The position numbers were made by a program, and so were the translations under genes. The notes under the pieces are model-generated. The model was not told the origin of the DNA, did not search any database, and was given only the letters and a program-made list of their open reading frames with translations. Shown here piece after piece: positions 10,381 through 20,127 of a stretch of DNA of 64,000 nucleotides. The stretch is from Candidatus Bathyarchaeia archaeon. Its GTDB lineage: Archaea > Thermoproteota > Bathyarchaeia > 40CM-2-53-6. The DNA lies in NCBI GenBank assembly GCA_049513715.1, contig JBEKVV010000006.1, positions 32,001 through 96,000 of the forward strand, in the 5' to 3' direction. Position 1 is the stretch's first letter. Every line of letters starts with the position of its first letter.

Positions 10381-10669
10381 TTACATCAACTCCGATGGGA
10401 TTGCATTATGCCGACTCTACCAACATTGTAGTCTGCTGCGAGAAAGGGAAAGCCAGGAGCAGTGCGAGAGGGAAAACGGTGAGCGGTGTCCAAAAGAATG
10501 CTTTCTGAGAATATCAACGGTTAACTTCCGAAAAGTTCTCTGCCAAAACAGTTCCTTGCCTGTACTGGTTGCTCGTTCACAATTAAGTTCTTTTGATGCG
10601 CGTCCTTTTCAGTTCCCTCTGGAAAGGGGTTTAATTGGGTTATTAGTATAACCGGCAAGTGCTACGTTC

Positions 10670-11968
10670 TTGTCTGAGACTACTGAAGTTGTTGAGACGT
10701 ACAAAAAGCACGTAATAACTAACTGTGTGAGCAAGCTTGAACCTGTTGTGGTCAGCAGAGCCAGTGGAGCCACGATTACTGACACGGAAGGGAAAGAGTA
10801 CGTAGACTGTTTCTCTGGAATTTCAGTTGTAAATACAGGGCACAGCAATCCGAAAGTCATCGAGGCCGCGAAGAAGCAACTTGACAACTACACCCACGCA
10901 TGTGCTTACGTATACTACTCGGAACCTGTTGCGAAACTCGCGGAAAAACTCGCGAGGATAGCTCCTTCTGGACTCCAGAAGACTTTCTTCTCAAACAGCG
11001 GCGCGGAAGCAGTTGAATGTGGTCTGAAGCTTGCTAGGAAGTTCACCAAGAAGCACGAGATAATTGCGTTAATGCGTTCATTTCATGGCCGGACACTTGG
11101 GACGCTGAGTGTAACTGGGCAGGCTGGGAGAAGAAGCTACTCGATGGGGCCCTACCTAGGGTCAATCGCCTTTGCCCCGACACCCTACTGTTACCGATGC
11201 CCGCTCGGTCTCGAGTTTCCAAAATGCGGGATCGAATGCGCTAAAATGATTGAAGATGTGGTGCGATACGCTACCTCGGGCGACGTCGCAGCATTCATCG
11301 CTGAGCCGATTCTTGGGGAGGGCGGCATAATCGTGCCCCCAGAAGACTACTTCAAGGAAGCCAAGAAAATTCTCGACAAGTACGGGATCCTATTCATAGC
11401 CGACGAGGTTCAGACAGGTTTTGCGAGGACCGGCAAACTATTCGGGATCGAACACTACAACGTGATCCCTGACATCATGTGTTTTGCCAAAGCAATCGCA
11501 AACGGGCTACCCCTTGGCGCATGCACAGCTCGAACGGACATAGCCGACTCATTCCAGCCTGGTGACCACCTCTCCACTTTCGGCGGAAACCCAGTATGCT
11601 GCGCGGCTGCGTTGGCGAACATTGAATTCATTCAGGAAGAAGACCTGCCCAAACGAGCAACGGAAAGTGGACGATACGTGATGCACAGACTAGAGGAATT
11701 GAAGAGCAAACACAAGCTCATCGGCGACGTGAGAGGAAAGGGGCTGATGATAGGGCTTGAACTTGTGAAGAATCGGGAAAGCAAAGATCCAGCGTCCTCT
11801 GAAACCGCAAAGGTCAGAGCCTTGTGCAGGGACAAAGGCGTGTTGATTGGAAGCGGCGGAGTTCTCGGTAACGTACTGCGGATTCAGCCACCTTTGGTCA
11901 TCTCACAGAGCCAGCTCGACATTGCGATTGATGCTGTTGATCAATCGCTCAAAGAAGTGGAAGCATGA
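10670..11968 (+). CDS. Class-III aminotransferase (4-aminobutyrate/beta-alanine/omega-amino acid type)
   Basis: SNSGAEAVE, SFHGRT, IADEVQTGFARTG, AKAIANG, STFGGNP. Confidence 0.88.
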   Translation: MSETTEVVETYKKHVITNCVSKLEPVVVSRASGATITDTEGKEYVDCFSGISVVNTGHSNPKVIEAAKKQLDNYTHACAYVYYSEPVAKLAEKLARIAPSGLQKTFFSNSGAEAVECGLKLARKFTKKHEIIALMRSFHGRTLGTLSVTGQAGRRSYSMGPYLGSIAFAPTPYCYRCPLGLEFPKCGIECAKMIEDVVRYATSGDVAAFIAEPILGEGGIIVPPEDYFKEAKKILDKYGILFIADEVQTGFARTGKLFGIEHYNVIPDIMCFAKAIANGLPLGACTARTDIADSFQPGDHLSTFGGNPVCCAAALANIEFIQEEDLPKRATESGRYVMHRLEELKSKHKLIGDVRGKGLMIGLELVKNRESKDPASSETAKVRALCRDKGVLIGSGGVLGNVLRIQPPLVISQSQLDIAIDAVDQSLKEVEA

Positions 11969-13446
11969 CCCTTCTCTCCGAAATCGCCTACAAACCCAAC
12001 GCCCTGCAACTACTAATAGACAGCCAGTGGCGACCATCCAAGTCTCAAGAACTCCTACCTGTAATTAATCCCGCAACGGGTAAGCGAATAACCACCGTAC
12101 CCATGGCTCTTAAGGAAGAGGTGGATGAAGCGGTTACCTCTTCACAGAACGCTTTCGAGAAATGGAAAGAGGTCCCGCTGCCTGAAAGAGTACAATACCT
12201 GTTCAGGATGAAGAATGTTCTCGAGGAACACTTGGAGGACCTCGCCAGGATCAACACGCAGAACCATGGCAAGACAGTGTCCGAGAGCAGGGGAGATGTC
12301 AGACGAGCGGTCGACAACGTCGACGCCGCCATAGGTGCAGCCTACACGCTCATGAAAGGTGAGCACTTAGACCAGATCGCCGCTGGAATCGATGAGGGAA
12401 CCGTCAAGGAACCGTTAGGCGTCTTCGGCATAATCTGCCCGTTTAATTTTCCAATAATGATCCCCTTCTGGTTCCTCCCATACGCAATTGTCGCCGGATG
12501 TTCCGTGGTCATAAAACCCAGCGAGGTCACGCCCCTACCCTTCACGTACACAGCGGAGCTAATTCAGAGAGAAGTCAAGCTTCCCCCTGGCGTCATGAAC
12601 CTCGTTCATGGCGCCAAAGAAACAGTCGAGGCCCTGATCTCGCATCCACTCGTCAAGGGCGTTACGTTCGTCGGGTCAACTCCGGTCGGAAAGCAAGTCT
12701 ACAAACTTGCCGGGGATCACGGTAAACGTGCTATCGTTCAAGCTGGCGCGAAGAACGCCATTCTAGTCATGCCAGACGCTAATCTGCCAGACACCGTTGA
12801 ATCCTGCGTTTCATCCTTCTTCGGGAATGCTGGGCAACGATGCCTTGCCGGAGCGAACTTGTTGGTGGCAAGCGAAATTCGAAAAGACCTGCTGAAAAAG
12901 TTCGCCAACCGGTCAGAGACATTGAGGCTCGGCTATGGGTTAGATGAGTCAGCGGAAATTGGACCAATGGTCTCGCAAAACGCGAAGCAACGAGTCCTGA
13001 AATACATAGACAAAGGCAAGTCAGAGGGAGCACAATTGATTCTTGACGGAAGCAGCGCTCATGCGAAAGGATACGAAGACGGTTACTTCCTCGGGGCTAC
13101 AATCTTCGACGGAGTCGAGCAGGACTTTACGATTGCCAAGGAGGAGATCTTCGGCCCAGTCGCTGCCGTCAAAGAAGTGGCCGACATGGACGAAGCGATC
13201 GAGATCATCAACAACGGAACCAACTACGGCAATGCAGCAAGCGTTTTCACGCAAAACGGCAAGAATGCAAGAGAGTTCCGCCGTCGAGCTCGGGCTGGAA
13301 ACGTAGGCATAAACGTAGGCGTAGTTGCACCGATGGCGTTCTTCCCGTTCGGGGGAATGCGGGACTCATTCTACGGAATCCTACACGGCCAAATAGGCTC
13401 AATGGATTTCTTCACAGACAATAAAGTAATCATAACCAGATGGTGA
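11965..13446 (+). CDS. CoA-acylating (methyl)malonate-semialdehyde dehydrogenase (MmsA/IolA-like)
   Basis: CPFNFP, FVGSTPVG, GAKN, GNAGQRCLA, EEIFGPV, GNVGINVGVVAPMAFFPFGG; ATGA coupling to the aminotransferase. Confidence 0.85.
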   Translation: MTLLSEIAYKPNALQLLIDSQWRPSKSQELLPVINPATGKRITTVPMALKEEVDEAVTSSQNAFEKWKEVPLPERVQYLFRMKNVLEEHLEDLARINTQNHGKTVSESRGDVRRAVDNVDAAIGAAYTLMKGEHLDQIAAGIDEGTVKEPLGVFGIICPFNFPIMIPFWFLPYAIVAGCSVVIKPSEVTPLPFTYTAELIQREVKLPPGVMNLVHGAKETVEALISHPLVKGVTFVGSTPVGKQVYKLAGDHGKRAIVQAGAKNAILVMPDANLPDTVESCVSSFFGNAGQRCLAGANLLVASEIRKDLLKKFANRSETLRLGYGLDESAEIGPMVSQNAKQRVLKYIDKGKSEGAQLILDGSSAHAKGYEDGYFLGATIFDGVEQDFTIAKEEIFGPVAAVKEVADMDEAIEIINNGTNYGNAASVFTQNGKNAREFRRRARAGNVGINVGVVAPMAFFPFGGMRDSFYGILHGQIGSMDFFTDNKVIITRW

Positions 13447-13509
13447 ACCCAACCGCAGCCTAGTATCGAAAACTGATGCCTCCTGACTGCCAGAACAGCC
13501 CGTGTGTTC

Positions 13510-14313
13510 CTAGCCTTGAGTATTGGCCGTCGGAGATGATTGAGTTGTGACTCGAAAATCAACGACTTCTTTGTCTTTCTCAGGCAGTTCATACCATCGA
13601 ACCTTCTCACCAACACGTGCTCTGAGTTTCCAGCGAGTCGTCTTGGGCACGCTCTCGATACGGTCCCGCAGATCTTGAACATGCTTCTGCACAATATCCT
13701 GATACTCCGCATCTAGGCTGTAATTCGGCAATGCAGTCAGGACGTTCGCCAGGTTGATCGTGAAAGTCTTGTAAACACCCCATTCTTCCGCGCAGAGTTG
13801 CGCAAGGTATCGGCCGTTTATGGTTTCTTGGCCGTCAGAATCACCCACATCATGATCGTGGAGTAGAGATATCGTGTCTCTGTACTCACGTTCTGTGATT
13901 TCTACAACCTGCAACTTGGTTGCAATTAAGTCCGCTAGGGGGATCGTAGGTTTGTTCACCGAGAGGCGGTCTTTCAAATCAAACTTGTGGCACATTTCAA
14001 AAACATCTAGGAAGATGTCGATCCGTCTCCCGTTCTCGATATCGTTGAAAACCAGTCTCGTGTCGCCATGCAAAGCGTTGAAGATATCGCGCGGAGTATA
14101 ACCCAGATCTATGAATAGTTTCTTCATGCCCCGACCTTGCTTTCGAAGGCCCATGAAATCAATGTCCGCGTACTTCCGCGCTAGAAGCCTATGAGTGGCG
14201 CTCGGGCAGTGAAATCGCACCGCTATTCCACCGAACAGTCGAAGTGTTATCTGATTCTTCTCCGCGGTGTCAACAATTCGTTGTGCTTCTTGGACTATGT
14301 CTGAAAGCGGCGT
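13510..14313 (-). CDS. Uncharacterised Pol-beta-fold nucleotidyltransferase-like protein, copy 1
   Basis: Frame extends upstream of GTG 14220: PLSDIVQEAQRIVDTAEKNQITLRLFGGIAVRFHC...YADIDF...RRIDIFLD (GG..A, DxD, third Asp). Paralogue of 44988-45770; probable ACG start at 14313. Confidence 0.75.
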   Translation of the reverse strand, partial: TPLSDIVQEAQRIVDTAEKNQITLRLFGGIAVRFHCPSATHRLLARKYADIDFMGLRKQGRGMKKLFIDLGYTPRDIFNALHGDTRLVFNDIENGRRIDIFLDVFEMCHKFDLKDRLSVNKPTIPLADLIATKLQVVEITEREYRDTISLLHDHDVGDSDGQETINGRYLAQLCAEEWGVYKTFTINLANVLTALPNYSLDAEYQDIVQKHVQDLRDRIESVPKTTRWKLRARVGEKVRWYELPEKDKEVVDFRVTTQSSPTANTQG

Positions 14314-14455
14314 TAGGATCGCCCTCTATGATTTGAACTGATTGCGGAGACTTAATTGGTTTAGGATTTGACGCATGTAAAGACTATAGAGTAAGGAGGA
14401 AGGCTACGCGGCGGTGAAGCAACCACTTAAATGGCGAAAAAGCAGAAGTCATGGC

Positions 14456-15412
14456 ATGGCATTTACACGGATTTTCTTTACCTCTGATATTCACGGTTCC
14501 GAAGTCGGTTTCATGAAGTTCGTTAATGCCGCGAAGGTCTACAAGGCGAACGCGCTCATATTGGGCGGGGATATAACCGGAAAAATGATAGTCCCCATAG
14601 TCGAACAACCCGATGGAACCTTCGCTGCCACCTTTCTAGGCAACTCACAAATCATGAAGACGCATGAAGAGCGTGATGCACTGGAGAAGAACATACGACA
14701 TAGCGGTTACTACCCATACCGGACCACGCCGGCTGAAGTGGAGAAGCTTCAGGCCGACAAGAAAACTGTAGACGAACTGTTCTCCAAAATAATGGTGGAC
14801 GGAATCAGGCGGTGGGTTTCCATCGCGGAAGAGCGACTCAAAGGGTCGGAAGCTAAGTGCTACATCAGCCCCGGGAATGATGACCGATTTGATATCGACG
14901 AGGTTCTGAAGTCTTCGTCGGTGGTTCAGTGTCCTGAGGATGAAGTGGTCTGGGTTGATGACCACCACGAAATGATCACCAGCGGGTGGACCAATGCTTC
15001 TCCCTGGAATAGCCCACGCGAAACCACTGAAGAGAAGCTAACGGAGATTTTCGATCGTATGATTTCCAAGGTTCAGCGAATGGAGAACTGTATCTTCAAC
15101 CTCCATTCTCCACCATTTGACACTCCCCTGGATTTGGCGCCGGAACTCGACAAGACTCTGAAACCCATCGTTCGCAGCGGCGGGGAAGTTAGTATGATTC
15201 ATGTTGGGAGCAAAGCGGTAAGGCAGGTAATTGAAAAACACAAACCTTTCTTGGGGTTGCACGGACACATTCATGAGGCACGTGGTTTCGCCAAAATTGG
15301 CCGAACTCTATGTATAAACCCGGGCAGCGAATACGGCGAAGGAATATTGCGCGGAGCGCTACTGAATATCGATGAAAAAGGCTTGAAGAGCTATCTGCTA
15401 ACACAAGGATAG
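14456..15412 (+). CDS. Icc-related metallophosphoesterase, copy 1
   Basis: SDIHG, GGDITG, PGNDD, HSPP, GHIHE, INPGS motifs. Confidence 0.85.
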   Translation: MAFTRIFFTSDIHGSEVGFMKFVNAAKVYKANALILGGDITGKMIVPIVEQPDGTFAATFLGNSQIMKTHEERDALEKNIRHSGYYPYRTTPAEVEKLQADKKTVDELFSKIMVDGIRRWVSIAEERLKGSEAKCYISPGNDDRFDIDEVLKSSSVVQCPEDEVVWVDDHHEMITSGWTNASPWNSPRETTEEKLTEIFDRMISKVQRMENCIFNLHSPPFDTPLDLAPELDKTLKPIVRSGGEVSMIHVGSKAVRQVIEKHKPFLGLHGHIHEARGFAKIGRTLCINPGSEYGEGILRGALLNIDEKGLKSYLLTQG

Positions 15413-15623
15413 CGAAAAATCAGCTGGAACTTTTGGGTTTCACCGTAGCCCGCCCCATCGAGTTAAAGAGGCTTTGAGGAATTTTGAGGCGCGAAAAACG
15501 CCGTGATAGCGTTTCGAATTCTCCTTTTTCTACTTACCGTGAGCCTGGGTAAGGTAGCATATGTTGCATAGTGCTAAATATTGAAAGCCTACTGTTGAGA
15601 ATTCATCATAGGGACGTTGTGAT

Positions 15624-17195
15624 TTGGAAAAGAAACCACCGGTTTTCGTCAGGGAGGCAACGGGCCTCATTCGGGAAGTTGGTGCTTGGTCTTCCTTTAT
15701 GGCGGTGCTGGCACTTGTGACGGGAGGTGTTCCTGTCCTCTGGGTTGCTTTAATGTACGAGGCGCCGGGGGCAAATTGGCCGTTAGCCTTCTTGGTTGCC
15801 TACTTCCCAAGTCTCTTGATGGCCGGTTTGTTCACCTTAGTCGGAATCTCGATGCCAAGATCCGGAGGAGATTATGTCTTCACAACCCGAGGAGTCAATC
15901 CTTATGTTGGATTCGTTAACTACTGGGGAATCGCGGCGGCTTTCGTTATCAATGCAGGCATATTCTCATTCTACACGGGTAACTATGTTGGGTACGTGCT
16001 TGCAAGCCTAGGAGCTTTCTACAACAACCCCGGCATAGCTGCCTTAGGGTCGTCCCTGACTGAGCCGGTCCTTTCCTTTGTTTTGGCCACAGTGGTGTTA
16101 GTTATCTCATGCTTGCTCTCGATCATAAGGCCGCGAATTACTTGGGCGCTCGTTTTCTGGTCAGGAGTGATTTCGTTGATTGCTACCGTAATCATGTTCG
16201 TAGCGCTCGCGGGCATTGATGCCTCCACTTTTGCTGCCAGCTATAATTCGTTCATGGGTAATTCTACAGCATACGATGCCGTAATACAAACTGGAGGGAT
16301 TACTGCACCTCCTAATGCGATGCTGGCCACAGCAGCCGCGCTTCCAATTGTTTGGTTCTACTACGTTTGGTATAATCTCCCAACAACATGGAGCGGAGAA
16401 ATGAAGAATGTGAGAAGGTCTATGCCTATTGCAATTCTAGCTTCGCTGACCGCGATCGCGATCTTCTACGTGTTGCTCGTCCTAATTGTTACACATGCCT
16501 TTGGACAATCCTTCCTTGAGAATTGGGGCAGCCTTGCCGCAAATGGAAGTGAACCTGTTTCAGGCGTTGGAGGATTCATACCGTTCTTCGCACTTCTGGT
16601 CTACAAGAGCCCTGCACTTTTCGGTGTGATGTTCCTAGCTCTCTGGCTCCCTATCTTCTTTGAGTTCCCGCCGCTACTGATATCGCAGACTAGATACTTG
16701 TTCGCATGGGCTTTTGACAGAATTCTGCCAGATCGTGTAGCATCGGTGAACGAGAGGTTCCACACCCCCGTGGTCGCCACCGTACTTGTGACTATTGGGG
16801 CGATAGTTGCAGCTGGAATAATGGCCTTCGCAGCTGATTCGGGAGAGTTCGCAACGTTGAGCTTCACAATGTTCTCGTTTGGTTTCATAATCCCCGCTAT
16901 TGCCGCGATTCTATTTCCATTCAGGAAGAAACAGCTCTATGAAACCGCTTTTGTCGTGAAGAAGAAATTGGTGCTTCCCCTCATTAGCTGGCTAGGGATA
17001 GGATCGTTAGTCTACCTTACTTACTCAACGTACCTCTCCATTCAATCAGGGGGCCTGCCGATAGACAATGTCTCCATGACTATGTACGGTACAATCTACG
17101 GTCTCGGTGTAATCGTCCTGGTCGTAGGTTACCTCAGAAACAGGAGTAGAGGACTACCGTTAGGATTGGTCTTCGCAGAAATCCCGCCTGAATAA
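15624..17195 (+). CDS. APC-superfamily amino acid/polyamine permease, copy 1
   Basis: About 12 TM, VFVREATGLIR N-terminus, MPRSGGDYVF, RYLFAWAFDR, C-terminal EIPPE. Confidence 0.88.
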   Translation: MEKKPPVFVREATGLIREVGAWSSFMAVLALVTGGVPVLWVALMYEAPGANWPLAFLVAYFPSLLMAGLFTLVGISMPRSGGDYVFTTRGVNPYVGFVNYWGIAAAFVINAGIFSFYTGNYVGYVLASLGAFYNNPGIAALGSSLTEPVLSFVLATVVLVISCLLSIIRPRITWALVFWSGVISLIATVIMFVALAGIDASTFAASYNSFMGNSTAYDAVIQTGGITAPPNAMLATAAALPIVWFYYVWYNLPTTWSGEMKNVRRSMPIAILASLTAIAIFYVLLVLIVTHAFGQSFLENWGSLAANGSEPVSGVGGFIPFFALLVYKSPALFGVMFLALWLPIFFEFPPLLISQTRYLFAWAFDRILPDRVASVNERFHTPVVATVLVTIGAIVAAGIMAFAADSGEFATLSFTMFSFGFIIPAIAAILFPFRKKQLYETAFVVKKKLVLPLISWLGIGSLVYLTYSTYLSIQSGGLPIDNVSMTMYGTIYGLGVIVLVVGYLRNRSRGLPLGLVFAEIPPE

Positions 17196-17448
17196 GTCGA
17201 TCTAAAGTCGACTAGCAACGCCTGGTCGCGCGTATCAACGTATCAAGATATCCCGTTCCTTGGCGGATCTTCATTATCTCGGTCCGCTCTTCAATAATCC
17301 GTTCACCAATCCCAACCATCTCCATTGAACCATTCTTCTTCATCGGCTTGGTGAGGGAGCCTATACTGTAATTGCTTTGCAGAGAATCAATTACAGATTT
17401 TGCAGACATTTTATAGATAGGGCGAGCATTATTGGGTCGGAGTTATTC

Positions 17449-18816
17449 TTGAGCGCTCTGCAAGACGTAGAAATGGCGAAACTCGAAAAGAGAACACCCA
17501 AGTCTAAGGCGATTTACGAGAAGGCAAAGATCGATGTGCCCTTTGGTGTACACAGCACCTACAGGTATTCTGACCCATACCCACTCTACTTCACCCGTTC
17601 CAAAGGTACGAGGTTATGGGACGTAGACGGAAACGAGTACACAGACTACAACATGGGTTTCGGCGTCTTAGTCGCGGGACATGCCCACCCCCTCGTTGTT
17701 GAGGCAATCAAAGAGCAAGCTGAGAAAGGCACAGACTTCGGCTTCGAATGGGAGGAAACCCCGAAATTCGCTAGAATGATCTGCGAGAGATTTGCCGTTG
17801 ACCAAGTGAGGCTTTCCAACACAGGCGCGGAGGCGACCATGTACGCTGTCCGATTCGCGAGGAGTTTCACAGGAAAGAACAAAATCATCAAGTTTGAGGG
17901 CTGCTATCACGGTGGCAACGATGCATTGATCGTCAGCGTCAAGCCATCCAAAGCTAAAGAAGGTGACGCGCGATTCCCCAACTCGGTGCCTTCTTCACAG
18001 GGCGTTCCTGAAGGATACTACAAGAATACACTTGTGGCGCCGTTCAATAACTTGGAAGCCGTCGAAGAAATAGTACGAAAGAACAGCTCCGATCTTGCGG
18101 GAATGATCCTGGAACCCATACCCATGAATATGGGCTACATACTTCCCAAACCAGGCTTCCTGGAAGGGTTGAGGAAGCTGGCCGACCAATACGGTTTCGT
18201 CCTGATCTTCGATGAGATCAAAACCTGTGGAAAATTCTACGGTGGAATGCGAGACTACGTCAACGTGAAGCCTGACCTAATTACTTTGGGCAAAGCAATC
18301 GGAGGCGGCGTTCCAATCTCAGGGATAGCGGGTAAACGCAAGATCATGGAAACCATAGTACCTGGTGTTGTGAGTCACGCAGGGACATTCAACTCGAACC
18401 CACTATGCGTTGCCGCTGGCATCGTAACCTTATCGAAGGTCCTTACGAAAGACGCAATGGGCAAGGCTGCCAGATTCAGTGAGACCCTTGCAAAAGGATA
18501 CCAGGATCTAATCAGAGACAATGGTCTTACAGCACACATGTCACAGGCAGGACTAAGTGGCGCAATCGCATTTTCCCAGAAGCCCATTACGGACTGGAGA
18601 AGCTTCCAAGAGGGCGATACTGGCAAGTGGTTCGCTTACTGCTTCGCCATGATGAACCGGGGAATAATCCCAGCCGGCCCTTCACCAGATGAACAATGGA
18701 CAGTATCAGTTGTCCACACGAAGGAAGAGATTGACGAGCATCTGGAAGCATTCAAAGAAGTCGTTGGCTACGTCAAGAAATACGACAAGCCCGCAGAAGT
18801 AGTCGAAGCCATCTAA
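17449..18816 (+). CDS. Class-III aminotransferase, GSA-aminomutase-like
   Basis: WDVDGNEY, NTGAEAT, KFEGCYHG, LIFDEIKT, GKAIGGG, GTFNSNP; TTG 17449 follows GGAGT. Confidence 0.85.
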   Translation: MSALQDVEMAKLEKRTPKSKAIYEKAKIDVPFGVHSTYRYSDPYPLYFTRSKGTRLWDVDGNEYTDYNMGFGVLVAGHAHPLVVEAIKEQAEKGTDFGFEWEETPKFARMICERFAVDQVRLSNTGAEATMYAVRFARSFTGKNKIIKFEGCYHGGNDALIVSVKPSKAKEGDARFPNSVPSSQGVPEGYYKNTLVAPFNNLEAVEEIVRKNSSDLAGMILEPIPMNMGYILPKPGFLEGLRKLADQYGFVLIFDEIKTCGKFYGGMRDYVNVKPDLITLGKAIGGGVPISGIAGKRKIMETIVPGVVSHAGTFNSNPLCVAAGIVTLSKVLTKDAMGKAARFSETLAKGYQDLIRDNGLTAHMSQAGLSGAIAFSQKPITDWRSFQEGDTGKWFAYCFAMMNRGIIPAGPSPDEQWTVSVVHTKEEIDEHLEAFKEVVGYVKKYDKPAEVVEAI

Positions 18817-19011
18817 GGCGCTGCTTTCAAGAGAGTTACAGCCTAAGCACCAAAACCGAAAATTCCAGAATAACCAGAGACGGCTCTGAAAAGCCGTCCG
18901 TGTAGCAGCCTAAGAAGCTCAGAGAGAAGTCGAGTCCTTCGTACGGTCGGAAGTAATCCGTAAATATACCTCTTGCGCGAAAGACCCGAAACAATTTCAG
19001 AAGGTGATTTC

Positions 19012-19215
19012 TTGGACAAAACAATGGTTGCTGCAGGAGTCTTACTCACTTTGGCTGGCCTCACGGGACTGTTTTACGGCGCTGGAATCAACCTCCAAGG
19101 AATGTTGGCGAGGGGGGCATCGGACTTCTCCTTCATCACAGCGTACATCGCAGAATGGTTCCTGGTGCTCCTTGCCGGTTTGGCCTTGGCGATTGGCGGG
19201 GCACGCAAGAAATAG
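19012..19215 (+). CDS. Small 2-TM membrane protein
   Basis: AAGGTGA SD 4 nt before TTG; two hydrophobic helices and a basic tail. Confidence 0.6.
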   Translation: MDKTMVAAGVLLTLAGLTGLFYGAGINLQGMLARGASDFSFITAYIAEWFLVLLAGLALAIGGARKK

Positions 19216-19332
19216 AATAAGAGCTGGCCTAGATCTAATCGTCCGCGCTCACAGGTATGCGAAGGCTAACCCACACATTCTTTCGTAACTAGCCCTAGTG
19301 TGTATGCTCAATAGAGTGCAGAGGAATAGGAT

Positions 19333-19446
19333 TTGGAGAAATCAGAATTGTACCTCCAGCTCGCCAAAATCCTGATGATGGCGATTTTTCTGGGACTTTT
19401 CGTCGTTCTCCTGTTGTTGGGGAAGGTCACGATAAGAATCGGATAG
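19333..19446 (+). CDS. 37-aa single-TM peptide
   Basis: MEKSELYLQLAKILMMAIFLGLFVVLLLLGKVTIRIG, preceded by GAGGAATAGG; below the ORF-track cutoff. Confidence 0.45.
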   Translation: MEKSELYLQLAKILMMAIFLGLFVVLLLLGKVTIRIG

Positions 19447-19506
19447 GAACCCGGCGCGGAGAAAATTGCGGCCTATTGATTCAGACGGACATGGGATCGA
19501 AGGCCA

Positions 19507-20034
19507 CTAATCTGTCTGTGGGAAGTCTCCATGAAAGATTTCCTCGATGGCTTTGCGTGGGGTGGGTTGTGGTTCTTCGGCTGCGTAGCCTACGGCGAAC
19601 ATAGCTACGGGGCGGGCTGATTGTGCGCCGATAACTTCCCGTACTTTGTCCTCATCGAAGTCTCCTATCCACACTGTTGCGAGCCCTAGATCTGCGGCTG
19701 CGAGCATTGCGAAGGCGCCGGCTATTGTGGCGTCCTGCACACAATACAGTTCCGAGCCCCTTTTGCCATATCTTTCAGCAGAGCGCTCTGGGTCAGCGCA
19801 GAAGACGAGGCAGATTGGGGCCTGAGTGATGAACTTCTGGTCATAGGCGGCCTTCGTCAGAGCCTTTCGCTTGGCTTCCTCCTTGACAGTGTAGACTTGG
19901 TAGGCTTGCAAGTTACCAGCGGAGGGAGCCAAATTCGCCGCCTCAAATATGGACTTCAACTTGTCCTCCTCAACCATCTGGGATTTGTATGCGCGAACTG
20001 AACGCCTACGCTTTAAAACCTCCACAAATTCCAA
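19507..20034 (-). CDS. Nitroreductase family flavoprotein
   Basis: RRSVRAY, APSAGNLQ, LGLATVWIG, AVGY. Confidence 0.9.
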   Translation of the reverse strand: MEFVEVLKRRRSVRAYKSQMVEEDKLKSIFEAANLAPSAGNLQAYQVYTVKEEAKRKALTKAAYDQKFITQAPICLVFCADPERSAERYGKRGSELYCVQDATIAGAFAMLAAADLGLATVWIGDFDEDKVREVIGAQSARPVAMFAVGYAAEEPQPTPRKAIEEIFHGDFPQTD

Positions 20035-20127
20035 CGCGTATCATGAAAGTACTCGTGTAAGAAGAATTAAACATACCAACTGGGTTTGCATCTTAGAAAG
20101 AAGTCAGCCAGAATGAGAGTGGGCAAA

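Noticed and set aside
3856..10386. TAA reassigned to sense (in-frame TAA at 3856; ATG-TAA before dppD)
   Set aside because: TAA is a normal stop for hemB, hemE, hemH, APC permease 1 and the MoaD GG terminus.
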